Shown here: piece by piece, positions 1-10,901 of the stretch
How positions within the stretch are numbered: the stretch's first letter is position 1
How the letters are laid out: every line of letters begins with the position of its first letter
Origin: Patescibacteria group bacterium
Lineage (GTDB): Bacteria > Patescibacteriota > Minisyncoccia > Phycocordibacterales > JBHPGB01
Reading direction: 5' to 3'
Assembly: GCA_042571085.1 (NCBI GenBank)
Contig: JBHPGB010000002.1
Location: forward strand, 6,796 to 70,795
DNA length: 64,000 bases
Translations under genes and position numbers: made by a program
Notes under the pieces: model-generated
Database searches by the model: none
Seen by the model: the letters and a program-made list of their open reading frames with translations, nothing else
Told to the model about the DNA's origin: nothing

Positions 1-33
1 AAAAACCAATTTGTCACCTAATAATATCACAAT

Positions 34-999
34 CTATTTACCTTCCAAAGTCAAAGCTACTATATGATCAAGAAATTCGGAAAGGTTTGAGCCCACGGCA
101 TCAAGCGCCTTAGGTAAAAGAGATTCTTCTGTAAGTCCTGGCAAAGAATTGGTTTCCAAAAAATAAATACCGCGCGGTGAAAGAATAAAATCAGATCTGG
201 AATAATGTTTTAAATCAAGCGCTTTGTGCATTTTTTTCGCAGCCTCTATAATCTGCTTTTTTTCATCTTTATTGAAATTCCCTGGGCATATCTTTCGTGC
301 TTTACCATTATATTTGAGCTCTTTATCAAAGATGTTATCTCCATCTGGAGTTTGTATTTCTACTACAGGTAAGGAGTATACATCTTCATTGCGAAACTTT
401 TCTATTATCGCACAAGTTGCTTCCCTGCCTTTTACATACTCTTCTACCAAAATAGAATCTGACACTGAAAGAGCTTTGTGTATGGCCTCGGTAAGCTCAT
501 CATACTTTTTCACAAAAGAAACACCTACGGATGACCCAAGTCTGGCCGGTTTTACAATAAGCGGAAATGACATTGAGTGAAATATGTCGTGTGTTTTTTG
601 ATTTACATCTTCATTTGCTTCCACGCGTACAAAATTTGGTGTTAAAATTCCAGCCTTTTTTGCAATATCTTTTGCGATCGGCTTATTCATTGCAAACACA
701 GACGCAAGTACTTTTGAACCAGTATACGGGATAGCAAATCTATTTAATTCTTTTTGTACTCCACCATCCTCACCATATTCCCCATGCAAGCAGTTGAAAA
801 TAATGTCTACTTTTCGAGACGCTTCCTCAATAGAAACAGGCACGCCACCAATATGCCATGTACCATCTTTTGTTATTAGAATATCCTCTTTAGAATATTT
901 TTGGGGTAAGTGTTTAAGTACGTTTGCGCCAGTCTGTAGAGACACATCATATTCGTGCCCAACACCGCCACGCAAAACTCCAATTCGTGTTTTCGACAT
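34..999 (-). CDS. ddl: D-alanine--D-alanine ligase; the ORF-track start at 1149 is an upstream in-frame extension
   Basis: Translation from MSKTRIGVLRGG has the ATP-grasp Ddl architecture. Starting at the MSK Met removes a 50-aa non-homologous extension. Confidence 0.85.
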   Translation of the reverse strand: MSKTRIGVLRGGVGHEYDVSLQTGANVLKHLPQKYSKEDILITKDGTWHIGGVPVSIEEASRKVDIIFNCLHGEYGEDGGVQKELNRFAIPYTGSKVLASVFAMNKPIAKDIAKKAGILTPNFVRVEANEDVNQKTHDIFHSMSFPLIVKPARLGSSVGVSFVKKYDELTEAIHKALSVSDSILVEEYVKGREATCAIIEKFRNEDVYSLPVVEIQTPDGDNIFDKELKYNGKARKICPGNFNKDEKKQIIEAAKKMHKALDLKHYSRSDFILSPRGIYFLETNSLPGLTEESLLPKALDAVGSNLSEFLDHIVALTLEGK

Positions 1000-1104
1000 A
1001 TCTCTATTGTACGACAAGTGAAGCCTATTGCACAATACATAAGGGTGGTGTAATCTATTAATCAGGTAAGTAACACTAACGCATATCTGTTTGGGAGAAT
1101 AGAC

Positions 1105-1380
1105 ATGAGCAGTGCGGCAAGACAACTTAAAAAACCTGATTCTATTCAAAATCCTGTAATATCAAAAGAGTTAGATGAACAGCTTTCGAATTTCGCAAAA
1201 AAAGAGCTTGCTAAGGTTGTTGGAGAAGTTGGCTGTAAATTAGAAGAAATGTTGTCTGAGACTGGTTTAGACTCAGGAACAAAACAACAGATCATAAGAA
1301 ACAAATTGCGAGAAGCTAGAAATAGCGGATTGGTACTCAGGGAAACCGAGCATCAGGTCAATGAAGAAGATGATGATTAG
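1105..1380 (+). CDS. small acidic hypothetical protein (91 aa)
   Basis: GGGAGA Shine-Dalgarno 6 nt upstream of ATG. Followed by a GGCGGGAGG...CCTCCCGCC hairpin with T-run. No recognisable domain. Confidence 0.5.
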   Translation: MSSAARQLKKPDSIQNPVISKELDEQLSNFAKKELAKVVGEVGCKLEEMLSETGLDSGTKQQIIRNKLREARNSGLVLRETEHQVNEEDDD

Positions 1381-1396
1381 GTGGGAATACAAAAAA

Positions 1397-1437
1397 GGCG
1401 GGAGGTCATTCAGACCCTCCCGCCGTTATTTTTTTAT
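1397..1437. terminator. bidirectional rho-independent terminator between ORF 1105-1380 and uvrC
   Basis: GGCGGGAGG-N9-CCTCCCGCC hairpin flanked by an A-run and a T-run. Confidence 0.7.
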
Positions 1438-2714
1438 TATTTCAAAGCTTTTCGCATCTTTTTTCTGTGTCCAGTAATTGAAAATCTGTGTGCTTCGTAA
1501 TTTACAAGCAGGATTTCTTTTTCACCCACAGGGCACTTCGCATATTTTTGCACCAATTCTTTTTTACCTAAGATTTCTTTTGGTCTGTGTTTTTCATCTT
1601 TTACAACAGCAAGTACTGGGATTTTTACACCAATTTCCTTCATAACTTTTTCCGCAGCATTCTTTTGCGCCTTTCCACCGTCAACAACAATCAACCTCGG
1701 ATATTGCCATTCAGGATGAGCAAAGCGCCTTTCAAGCACTTCTTTTAGGCTCGCTACATCATTCACACCATCAACTGTTTTAATATTAAACTTTCTGTAT
1801 TCATTTTTGTTTGGCTCAGAACCATCAAGTACTGTCATAACTCCAAGCATTCCCTTCCCGCTCAAATGCGCCACGTCGTATCCTTCTATCCTGAAACCAT
1901 TCGTTTTTGTACGATTTGAATAGTTCTCTTTTAGAAGAACGACATCTTGAATATGATTAAGTGCAAAAACTTGCCGCTTTAATTCTCCAGCCTTTTCAAA
2001 TTCCTTCTTCTTTGCGTAAGCACGCATCTCCTTCTCAAGTTTTTTAATCAAACCAGGCTTCTTGCCATTCAAAAGCATTTTTATATTTGTAATAATCTTA
2101 CGATACTCTCGCTTTGAAATCTCACCAGTACAAACTCCTGGACACAATCTAATCTGACGATTAAAACACGGCTTCACCAATTTGGTGCCCCGAGTACCAA
2201 ATTGAGAGCTCGGAGCTACCAATGGTACACACTTATCGCGGAATGGAAAAATCTTTCGCACAATTTTTAGCACATCTCTCAAAATTCCACCTTGAGGAAA
2301 CGGGCCAAATATTTCTTTGATTCCTTCTGTGTTTTTTTCTAATTCCCTACCACGCTTTATAAGCACGCGCGGAAAATCCTCATCAGTAATCACGATGTAA
2401 TTATGGCTTTTATCACTCTTTTCTTTTGAGTTATATTTTGGTTGATATTTTTTAATCAAGCTCACCTCAAGAATCAACGCCTCGAGTACGGAGTCTGTTT
2501 CTTGCCACTTCACATTATTTGCCTTTTCAACCATCTCAAAAACAACAGGTCCACGCTTTTCCATCAAATCACCAGCAAAATAGCTTCGCACACGTGTGCG
2601 AATACTGGTTGCCTTGCCTATGTATAACAACTCTTTTCCTTTAAAGAATAGGTACACTCCGGATTTATCAGGCAATTTATATTTTTTTATGTCTTGACTA
2701 TTCATATTTGCCAT
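1437..2714 (-). CDS. uvrC: excinuclease ABC subunit C, short form (GIY-YIG + UVR + RNase H-like endonuclease domain, no C-terminal HhH)
   Basis: N-terminal GIY-YIG motif (GVYLF...LYIGKA). UVR-like helix (EKEMRAYAKKKEFEKAGELKRQ). Central endonuclease region. Only 425 aa. Confidence 0.8.
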   Translation of the reverse strand: MANMNSQDIKKYKLPDKSGVYLFFKGKELLYIGKATSIRTRVRSYFAGDLMEKRGPVVFEMVEKANNVKWQETDSVLEALILEVSLIKKYQPKYNSKEKSDKSHNYIVITDEDFPRVLIKRGRELEKNTEGIKEIFGPFPQGGILRDVLKIVRKIFPFRDKCVPLVAPSSQFGTRGTKLVKPCFNRQIRLCPGVCTGEISKREYRKIITNIKMLLNGKKPGLIKKLEKEMRAYAKKKEFEKAGELKRQVFALNHIQDVVLLKENYSNRTKTNGFRIEGYDVAHLSGKGMLGVMTVLDGSEPNKNEYRKFNIKTVDGVNDVASLKEVLERRFAHPEWQYPRLIVVDGGKAQKNAAEKVMKEIGVKIPVLAVVKDEKHRPKEILGKKELVQKYAKCPVGEKEILLVNYEAHRFSITGHRKKMRKALK

Positions 2715-2756
2715 TATATATTAATAAGTAGACAAAGCTACTTAGGGAGAAGCCCT

Positions 2757-3260
2757 ATGAAGATCAGAGAGGTGAGACTTCTTTTACCGAGAATTTCTGG
2801 TCTAATCGAAACAGAACTTGGTAAACTCAAATTAAACCATATAGAATTTGAAGAGCTTGCACGTTTTATTCTAGAGGAAGGCTTGTTAAAAACAGAAGGT
2901 TCAGTGACTAAATCTTATAGGTTTAATAATTTTGTACGAGAATACAAAATACAAAAACTTCGGTCACTTACAACTGCCATTAATCAGGACCCTGAATGGA
3001 GATTGCACAACAATTCGATTTCCATAGTTGCTGCCATTGAGCATGTAAAAATATGCTTAATAAAATATGATAAAATTGTTTCATATGAGGCCGCGAGAAA
3101 GATTCTACTTAATATACAATCAGAACTCTCAAAGGTCCCGGAAACCAGGTATCTGAGCATTGCCGTAAGAAGAAAACTGAAAGGTAAGAAATGGACGATC
3201 GTGTATGAAGCACCGATTGAACACCATCTTGCCAAAATGTACCGTAATGGTGAATTATAG
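2757..3260 (+). CDS. hypothetical protein (start chosen at MKIREV after a GGGAGA RBS)
   Basis: ORF in the gap between convergent uvrC and uvrA. RBS GGGAGAAGCCCTATG. No domain recognised. Confidence 0.45.
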   Translation: MKIREVRLLLPRISGLIETELGKLKLNHIEFEELARFILEEGLLKTEGSVTKSYRFNNFVREYKIQKLRSLTTAINQDPEWRLHNNSISIVAAIEHVKICLIKYDKIVSYEAARKILLNIQSELSKVPETRYLSIAVRRKLKGKKWTIVYEAPIEHHLAKMYRNGEL

Positions 3261-3292
3261 TAGCGAGTAATATTTTTTTGCTCGCTCTTTTT

Positions 3293-5902
3293 TTATAAAT
3301 GTTTTTTCAAATACTCTCCTGTAATTGATTTTTTGTTATCGGCCACCTGCTCTGGTGTACCCTTCGCAATCAAATTTCCGCCACCCTTTCCTCCCTCAGG
3401 GCCGATGTCTACTATATAATCAGCTGTTTTTACTATATCTAAATTGTGTTCAATTAAAACAACCGTGTTTCCTTTATCTACTAATTTCTGTAAAATTTCA
3501 ATCAATTTTTTCACATCTTCATAATGCAAACCAACAGTTGGCTCATCCAAAAGATAAATAGTTTTTTGCACATGAGGACGATACAATTCTGAAGAAATTT
3601 TTACTCTCTGTGCTTCTCCACCAGAAAGCGTCGTTGCTGATTGTCCCAATTCCAAATACCCAAGCCCTACATCATTCAAACTTTTTAGACGATCGTGAAT
3701 TGCTGGAATATCTTCAAAAAATTCCAGAGCTTCTTCAACTGTCATTTTAAGCACATCGTAAATATTTTTCTTTTTATACTTTACTTCCAAAGTTTCTTTT
3801 TCAAATCTTTTTCCGCCACACACATCACACTTCACATACACAGTCGGCAGAAAATGCATTTCAACAGCTATCTGCCCATTACCTTGGCATGATTCGCAGC
3901 GACCACCCTTCACGTTAAAACTAAAGCGGTTAGCTTTCCAGCCACGAAATCGCGCTTCTTCTGTTGCCGCAAACAAATCTCTAATATGTGTAAACGAACC
4001 AGTATATGTAGCTGGGTTAGATCTTGGTGTGCGTCCAATCGGTGCTTGATCTATAAGAATAGAACGAGAAACATATTCAGAACCAGTAAAGTCTGCGCAA
4101 TTATATATATCATTGCTTCTATATTTTTTATCGAAACGCGCCCGTAAGTTTTTATACAAAATCTCATGCATCAAAGAGCTTTTTCCAGAACCAGATACAC
4201 CGGTAATCACACTCATTTTCCCAAGCGGAAAATCAACATTCATGTTTTTGATGTTAAATATATTTCCTCCGCGAATTTTGATTGAACCTTTGTCTTGATC
4301 GCGGCGTTTATGCGGTACTTCTATTTCAGTATCTCCACGCAAATAATCAAGTGTTAAAGATTTTGATGGGTTTGTTTTTGCTGATAAAAGTTTTTCCAAA
4401 TCATCTGCAACAACAATCTCACCGCCATGTATACCCGCCTTTGGACCGATGTCCACAATATAATCAGAAGCAAAAATAGTATCCTCATCGTGCTCGACAA
4501 CAATGATGGTGTTGCCAAGGTCACGTAGGTTTTGAAGTGTTTTTATGAGACGGTCATTATCACGCTGGTGTAGGCCAATAGTAGGCTCATCAAGCACATA
4601 CAGTGCTCCAACCAAGCGAGAACCAAGCTGTGATGCCAAGCGAATACGCTGTGCTTCTCCACCAGAGAGTGTGTTGGCGCGTCTATCTAATGTAAGATAT
4701 TCAATTCCAACATCAAGCATGAAAAATAACCGAGCTTCAATTTCCCTCATAACAGGCTCGGATATTTCTTTATCTCTAACAGACAATTTCAAACTAGTGA
4801 AAAATTCTGCTGCTTCGCCAATAGACATTGATGTCACTTCTACTATATTTTTACCCCCGATTAAAACATTAAGCGCTTCCGATCTTAATCTCGCACCTTT
4901 ACACGTATCACATACCTCTTTACCAAAGAAATGTTTTGTACCAAGGCCATTACAAGCCTCACAAGCACCATAAGGTGAGTTGAATGAGAAAAGTCTTGGC
5001 TCAACTTCTGGATATGAAAAACCATCCTCCGGACAAGAAAACTTCGATGAAAGTATTATTTCATCATCATCTATGCGCACGCGTACAAGCCCATCAGCTT
5101 CATCAAGAGCGCGCTCTAGAGATTCCTGTAAGCGTTGTTTAGTATCTTTCGCATTCTCTTTAAAATCAAGTAAATCAATTTCATCCACCAAAACGTCGAT
5201 GTCATGCTTCTTTGTTTTGGTGAGCACAATCTGGTCACGTAAAGATTTCATTTTTCCGTCAACTCGCACATTTATATACCCTTTGCCTAGTAAATCATAA
5301 AGAAGTTGGTAATACTCACCCTTTCTCCCACGCACCACCGGTGCAAAAAGCTGTACTGAGCTAGACTTATATTCCACACCCATTACTTTTTTTGTACCAT
5401 TTTTCTTTTGTGTCTTTCCTGCACCTTTCACTTTTTTCAAAACAAAATTCAAAATCTCTTCATTAGAAAGCTTTTCAATTTCCCTACCACACTCCAAACA
5501 ATGCGGCTTTCCAATACGCGCAAAAAGTACACGCATATAATCGTATATTTCTGTAATAGTCGCCACTGTTGAACGTGGGTTGTTTGATCTACTTTTCTGA
5601 TCAATAGAAATCGCTGGAGAAAGCCCGACGATCTCATCAACATCTGGCTTCTGCATTTGACGCAAAAATTGTCGCGCGTATGCAGACAAAGATTCTACAT
5701 AACGACGCTGTCCTTCAGCAAAAATAGTATCAAAAGCAAGAGAAGATTTTCCTGATCCAGATAATCCAGTAAACACAACCATCTTATTGCGAGGCATTTC
5801 TACCGTCACATCTTTGAGATTATGTGTGCGGGCACCTTTTACTATTATTTTGCCAGACTCGAACATGTCTGATTCTTTTTTGTTATTTGTATTCTTTTTC
5901 AT
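3293..5902 (-). CDS. uvrA: excinuclease ABC subunit A (start uncertain: MKKNT at 5902 or MFESG at 5866)
   Basis: Two ABC ATPase modules ([20 protein letters not shown]), zinc-finger CxxC pairs, LSGGEAQR signatures. Confidence 0.9.
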   Translation of the reverse strand: MKKNTNNKKESDMFESGKIIVKGARTHNLKDVTVEMPRNKMVVFTGLSGSGKSSLAFDTIFAEGQRRYVESLSAYARQFLRQMQKPDVDEIVGLSPAISIDQKSRSNNPRSTVATITEIYDYMRVLFARIGKPHCLECGREIEKLSNEEILNFVLKKVKGAGKTQKKNGTKKVMGVEYKSSSVQLFAPVVRGRKGEYYQLLYDLLGKGYINVRVDGKMKSLRDQIVLTKTKKHDIDVLVDEIDLLDFKENAKDTKQRLQESLERALDEADGLVRVRIDDDEIILSSKFSCPEDGFSYPEVEPRLFSFNSPYGACEACNGLGTKHFFGKEVCDTCKGARLRSEALNVLIGGKNIVEVTSMSIGEAAEFFTSLKLSVRDKEISEPVMREIEARLFFMLDVGIEYLTLDRRANTLSGGEAQRIRLASQLGSRLVGALYVLDEPTIGLHQRDNDRLIKTLQNLRDLGNTIIVVEHDEDTIFASDYIVDIGPKAGIHGGEIVVADDLEKLLSAKTNPSKSLTLDYLRGDTEIEVPHKRRDQDKGSIKIRGGNIFNIKNMNVDFPLGKMSVITGVSGSGKSSLMHEILYKNLRARFDKKYRSNDIYNCADFTGSEYVSRSILIDQAPIGRTPRSNPATYTGSFTHIRDLFAATEEARFRGWKANRFSFNVKGGRCESCQGNGQIAVEMHFLPTVYVKCDVCGGKRFEKETLEVKYKKKNIYDVLKMTVEEALEFFEDIPAIHDRLKSLNDVGLGYLELGQSATTLSGGEAQRVKISSELYRPHVQKTIYLLDEPTVGLHYEDVKKLIEILQKLVDKGNTVVLIEHNLDIVKTADYIVDIGPEGGKGGGNLIAKGTPEQVADNKKSITGEYLKKHL

Positions 5903-5966
5903 GACAGAAATCGCCCCCACATCATTCATAGGGGTTATATACAAATAAATATACCAGAATACTTAG

Positions 5967-6125
5967 AGCATGTCCAAAAATTCTAGACTGCTGCGAAATT
6001 GTGTTGCGAGCTGCGAATATCGGCTCAAAAAACTCACCGTAGCTACGGCTATGGCTCATTTTCCTCGCCGCATTCTCGCCTCGCAACCCAATCTCTCGCC
6101 ACGTCAATAGTTTTTGGACATGCTC
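5967..6125. repeat. long imperfect palindrome in the uvrA/ORF6205 divergent intergenic region, with perfect 15-bp terminal inverted repeats
   Basis: GAGCATGTCCAAAAA at 5967-5981 and TTTTTGGACATGCTC at 6111-6125. Inner arms partly complementary (TTGCGAGCTGCGAAT / ATTCTCGCCTCGCAA). Centre CCGTAGCTACGG. Confidence 0.6.
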
Positions 6126-6204
6126 TGCAATTACACAAACTCTTTGTTTTTTTGTAAATACGTGCTACCTTTGTGTTAGAAATGTTTTTAAAGAGGACAA
6201 AATC

Positions 6205-6558
6205 ATGGCAATTCCGCCCCAAATATACCCAGAGCTTATACCAGAACCCCTTTCAGAAAAACAAAAACTTGAGTTAGAAAATCTTATAAAGATTATTGAT
6301 AAAAAACTCGAGAAAGCAGACAGTCCTGATTTGGTACGAGTACGAATCTCAATGGAGTGCGAAATACCAGAATGCGCAGTATTATTTGGGGTTGGCCCTT
6401 TCTACATTAAGAAAGGCTGGTACGCAATACTCTTTGACACAGAACAGGCGAAGCTTTACGAGAGCCGTCTTGAGGGATTTTGGATTCTCGATTTTTACAA
6501 AAAATCACATCTTGTGTTTGGTACAAAAACATCCAACTGGGCAACCACACGCAAATAA
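6205..6558 (+). CDS. hypothetical protein (117 aa)
   Basis: AAGAGGA RBS. Followed by a perfect 13-bp-stem terminator at 6561-6600. Confidence 0.5.
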   Translation: MAIPPQIYPELIPEPLSEKQKLELENLIKIIDKKLEKADSPDLVRVRISMECEIPECAVLFGVGPFYIKKGWYAILFDTEQAKLYESRLEGFWILDFYKKSHLVFGTKTSNWATTRK

Positions 6559-6608
6559 AAAACCGGCTACATGTTGTACACATGTAGCCGGTATCTTTTT
6601 TGTTGAAA

Positions 6609-7070
6609 CTAATTTACTGAATCAGGCTTTTCAGGGAAATCACACCCGAGATGTTCGGAAAGATCTGCCGAATCAAACTCGGAAGACTGCATCTCTGCCG
6701 GCCCTTGTTCTTTTTCATCATCCTCATTCGAGTTTTCAGACTCAATGACTTTTTCTGAGCTTGCGAACATCTGCAGCAAATCATCTGTACTCATTGTTAT
6801 TGCTTCATTTTGTGCATAATATTCACAAAACTCTATTTGTAATTCATCATCACCGCTAAATAAATACATCATGATGCTCAACCGTGCATCAATTCCTTCA
6901 GAAAAATTTGATATTAATCTAAGATCTTTATATGGATACTTAGATTTTTCGCCGGTATCTTCAAGTGAGTTAAAGAGTTCCCCGTCACCAGAAAGCCTTG
7001 CCATATCATATATATCATCAACTAATATGGACATCAATTCAAATAAATATTCTTTCTTAAACTGTTTCAT
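6609..7070 (-). CDS. highly acidic hypothetical protein (153 aa, Asp/Glu-rich C-terminal tail), immediately downstream of uvrB on the same strand
   Basis: GAGGT RBS. Folded-looking N-terminal half, poly-acidic tail DDEKEQGPAEMQSSEFDSADLSE. Probably co-transcribed with uvrB. Confidence 0.5.
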   Translation of the reverse strand: MKQFKKEYLFELMSILVDDIYDMARLSGDGELFNSLEDTGEKSKYPYKDLRLISNFSEGIDARLSIMMYLFSGDDELQIEFCEYYAQNEAITMSTDDLLQMFASSEKVIESENSNEDDEKEQGPAEMQSSEFDSADLSEHLGCDFPEKPDSVN

Positions 7071-7114
7071 TGGAAACCTCGTTTTAATTAGCTCATTCTA
7101 ACCTATTTCTACCA

Positions 7115-9142
7115 TTATTTACCCATCTTTTCAAGAATTTCTATTTCGTCTCGAAGAATTGCAGCTGTTTCAAAATCTAGAATTTTTACCGCTGCATTCA
7201 TTTGTTTCTCCTTGGTCGCAATCACCTTCTTTAGTTTCTTAGGATTATCAGCAAATTTCTTTTTATCTATTTCCAGAAGTGCGTTGACTGCTTTACCGTG
7301 CTGGCTTTCCATTTGCTCGGTAATATCATGAATTTTTTTGATGATTGTTTTGGGGGTAATTCCGTGCTTTTTATTATATTCCATTTGCAATTTGCGACGA
7401 CGGTTTGTCTCCCCTACGGCTCGGTCAATTGAACCTGTAATGTTGTCGGCATACAAGATAACTTTACCTGCCGCATTTCGTGCCGCACGTCCGATAGTTT
7501 GAATAAGGGCTGTTTCGCTACGTAAAAAACCTTCTTTGTCTGCATCTAAAATTCCAATTAGTGTAACTTCTGGCAAATCCAACCCTTCACGCAAAAGGTT
7601 TACACCAACCAAACAGTCAAATTCACCCTTACGAAATTCCGTAAGAATTTTAATCCTATCTATTGTTTTTATATCACTATGCAGATATTCGGCTTTTATT
7701 CCTTTTTCTTTTAGAAATACACTCAGATCTTCCGCCATTCTTTTTGTGAGGGTTGTTGCGATGACGCGATTCCCTTTCTTGATTTCCTTCTCTGATTCAG
7801 CAATGAAATCTTTAATCTGCCCTTTGTACTTACCTTTTTCAATAATCGGTCGGATATCAATCTCTGGGTCCAGAAGTCCTGTTGGTCTAATTATCTGTTC
7901 AACAACATTACCTTTTGACTCTTCGATCTCATATTCGGCCGGTGTTGCAGATGTATATATTACTTGTCCAACTCTCTCATCAAATTCTTCAAATCGTAGA
8001 GGTCGGTTATCTAGCGCGCTCGGTAGTCGGAAACCATATTCTACCAAAGTACTCTTTCGTGACTGGTCACCTGCGTACATACCACGAACCTGCGGCACTG
8101 TTACGTGCGACTCATCTATTACTGTAAGAAAATCTGCACTCCCGTCTTCTTTGTGTGGAAAATAGCTAAGTAAAGTTTCCGCTGGCTCTCCAGCTTTTTT
8201 ACCAGAAAGATGTCGGGAATAATTTTCAATACCATTACAATATCCAACCTCTTTGATAAGTGCCAAATCATGATTGGTACGACGCCGCAATCTCTCCGCG
8301 TCTAATTCCTTCCCATCTTTTTCTAATTTTTTTAATTGCGTAGCAAGTTCAGCTTTGATAGCTTTAATTGCTCGCTTCTTTTTACTTTCGTCAGTTAAAA
8401 AGTGTTTTGCCGGGAAAAGAAATACGTCATCCACCTCTTCCAAAATTGTACCGGATACTGGATCAATATGAGTAATTCTCGCAATTGCCCCATTGGAAAT
8501 TTCAATACGATAAACAGTACGTTGTGATGTAGACATCACCTCTACAACATTACCAACACTTCTAAATGTGCCGGGTTTCAAATCAGCTGTTGTGCGTTCA
8601 AAAAACACTGAAACTAATTTACGCAAGAGCGTATTCCGATCCATTTTATCTCCAATCTTCAAAACCAAATTCATTTCCAGATATTCTTTTGGGCTTCCGA
8701 GGCCGTAAATACATGAAACCGATGCAACAATAATCACATCTTTTCTCGAAAGCAACGCTTGTGTGGAGGCATGGCGCAACCTATCGATTTCTTCATTAAT
8801 CTGCGCATCTTTCTCAATGTATGTATCTGTCACGGGCATATAAGCTTCTGGCTGATAGAAGTCGTAATAAGAAACAAAATAGTGCACCGCATTGTCTGGA
8901 AAAAACTCTTTGTATTCTTGCGCAAGCTGAGCTGCTAGAGTTTTGTTATGAGCAATCACAAGCGTTGGTTTTTGCACGTTCTCAATCACATTCGCAACCG
9001 TGAAAGTCTTTCCGGAACCAGTCACACCTAAAAGCGTCTGGTGCTCTATTCCATTTTTCACACCGTCAATCAGTTTTTTTATTGCATTCGGCTGATCCCC
9101 AGCAGGTTTATATTCGCTTTTTAACTTGAATTTTTTCGACAT
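7115..9142 (-). CDS. uvrB: excinuclease ABC subunit B
   Basis: GVTGSGKT Walker A, helicase motifs, beta-hairpin region, C-terminal UVR domain (ILRDEIEILEKMGK). Confidence 0.9.
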   Translation of the reverse strand: MSKKFKLKSEYKPAGDQPNAIKKLIDGVKNGIEHQTLLGVTGSGKTFTVANVIENVQKPTLVIAHNKTLAAQLAQEYKEFFPDNAVHYFVSYYDFYQPEAYMPVTDTYIEKDAQINEEIDRLRHASTQALLSRKDVIIVASVSCIYGLGSPKEYLEMNLVLKIGDKMDRNTLLRKLVSVFFERTTADLKPGTFRSVGNVVEVMSTSQRTVYRIEISNGAIARITHIDPVSGTILEEVDDVFLFPAKHFLTDESKKKRAIKAIKAELATQLKKLEKDGKELDAERLRRRTNHDLALIKEVGYCNGIENYSRHLSGKKAGEPAETLLSYFPHKEDGSADFLTVIDESHVTVPQVRGMYAGDQSRKSTLVEYGFRLPSALDNRPLRFEEFDERVGQVIYTSATPAEYEIEESKGNVVEQIIRPTGLLDPEIDIRPIIEKGKYKGQIKDFIAESEKEIKKGNRVIATTLTKRMAEDLSVFLKEKGIKAEYLHSDIKTIDRIKILTEFRKGEFDCLVGVNLLREGLDLPEVTLIGILDADKEGFLRSETALIQTIGRAARNAAGKVILYADNITGSIDRAVGETNRRRKLQMEYNKKHGITPKTIIKKIHDITEQMESQHGKAVNALLEIDKKKFADNPKKLKKVIATKEKQMNAAVKILDFETAAILRDEIEILEKMGK

Positions 9143-9211
9143 ATTGCCATATTACCACAAGAATGAAGAAGAAAAGAACCCCGATGAATCGGGGTTCTAA
9201 CATTTTGCCAT

Positions 9212-9514
9212 TTAAAGCGATTTTTGCGGCCAAGAAAGTAGTCCAAAATAGTAGATGAACATTTCATAATTATCTGCTGTCCAGCTATTCATCTGTCTCC
9301 ATACCACATTGCAGATTTGCTTTTCGGCAAGTTCACGACTTTTTGTGCCACTTGCTTTTATAGGAAATCGAAGCTTGTTGGCATCGCGAAGCTTTTGATA
9401 AGTCGCAAGTGTTTTTTTGTTTTTCATAAATCGGCGATACTTTACAAGAGTATTTAGAAACCTTTCTTCCTGTTTGTTTCTTGCCAAGATTTTGATATCA
9501 AATTCTATAGTCAT
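9212..9514 (-). CDS. hypothetical protein (100 aa)
   Basis: ORF only. Flanked by terminators. Confidence 0.4.
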   Translation of the reverse strand: MTIEFDIKILARNKQEERFLNTLVKYRRFMKNKKTLATYQKLRDANKLRFPIKASGTKSRELAEKQICNVVWRQMNSWTADNYEMFIYYFGLLSWPQKSL

Positions 9515-9637
9515 AAAATTATCCTCGGTTTTTCTATATGTATTTATATCATGAAAATAAATTTTGTCTAATCTTTATATGAACTTTAAAAAGCCTTGTT
9601 TTCAGCCATATTAATCGGCTCAACCGGGTTGAGCCGA

Positions 9638-10846
<1,209 letters not shown>

Positions 10847-10901
10847 TCACCGCAGTATAACACGAAAAAAGCGCCTTGTGCGGCGCTTTTTTCAAAGATG
10901 A

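Noticed and set aside
7536-8165. 209-aa plus-strand ORF antisense to uvrB (similar long antisense ORFs at 41539-42369 in clpB, 48300-49028 in infB, 35196-35657 in parB, 16405-17010 in the kinase, 20495-21019 in fliA)
   Set aside because: Each lies entirely within a well-supported gene on the opposite strand. They have low-complexity Ser/Ile-rich translations and no RBS, and are typical antisense frame artefacts.
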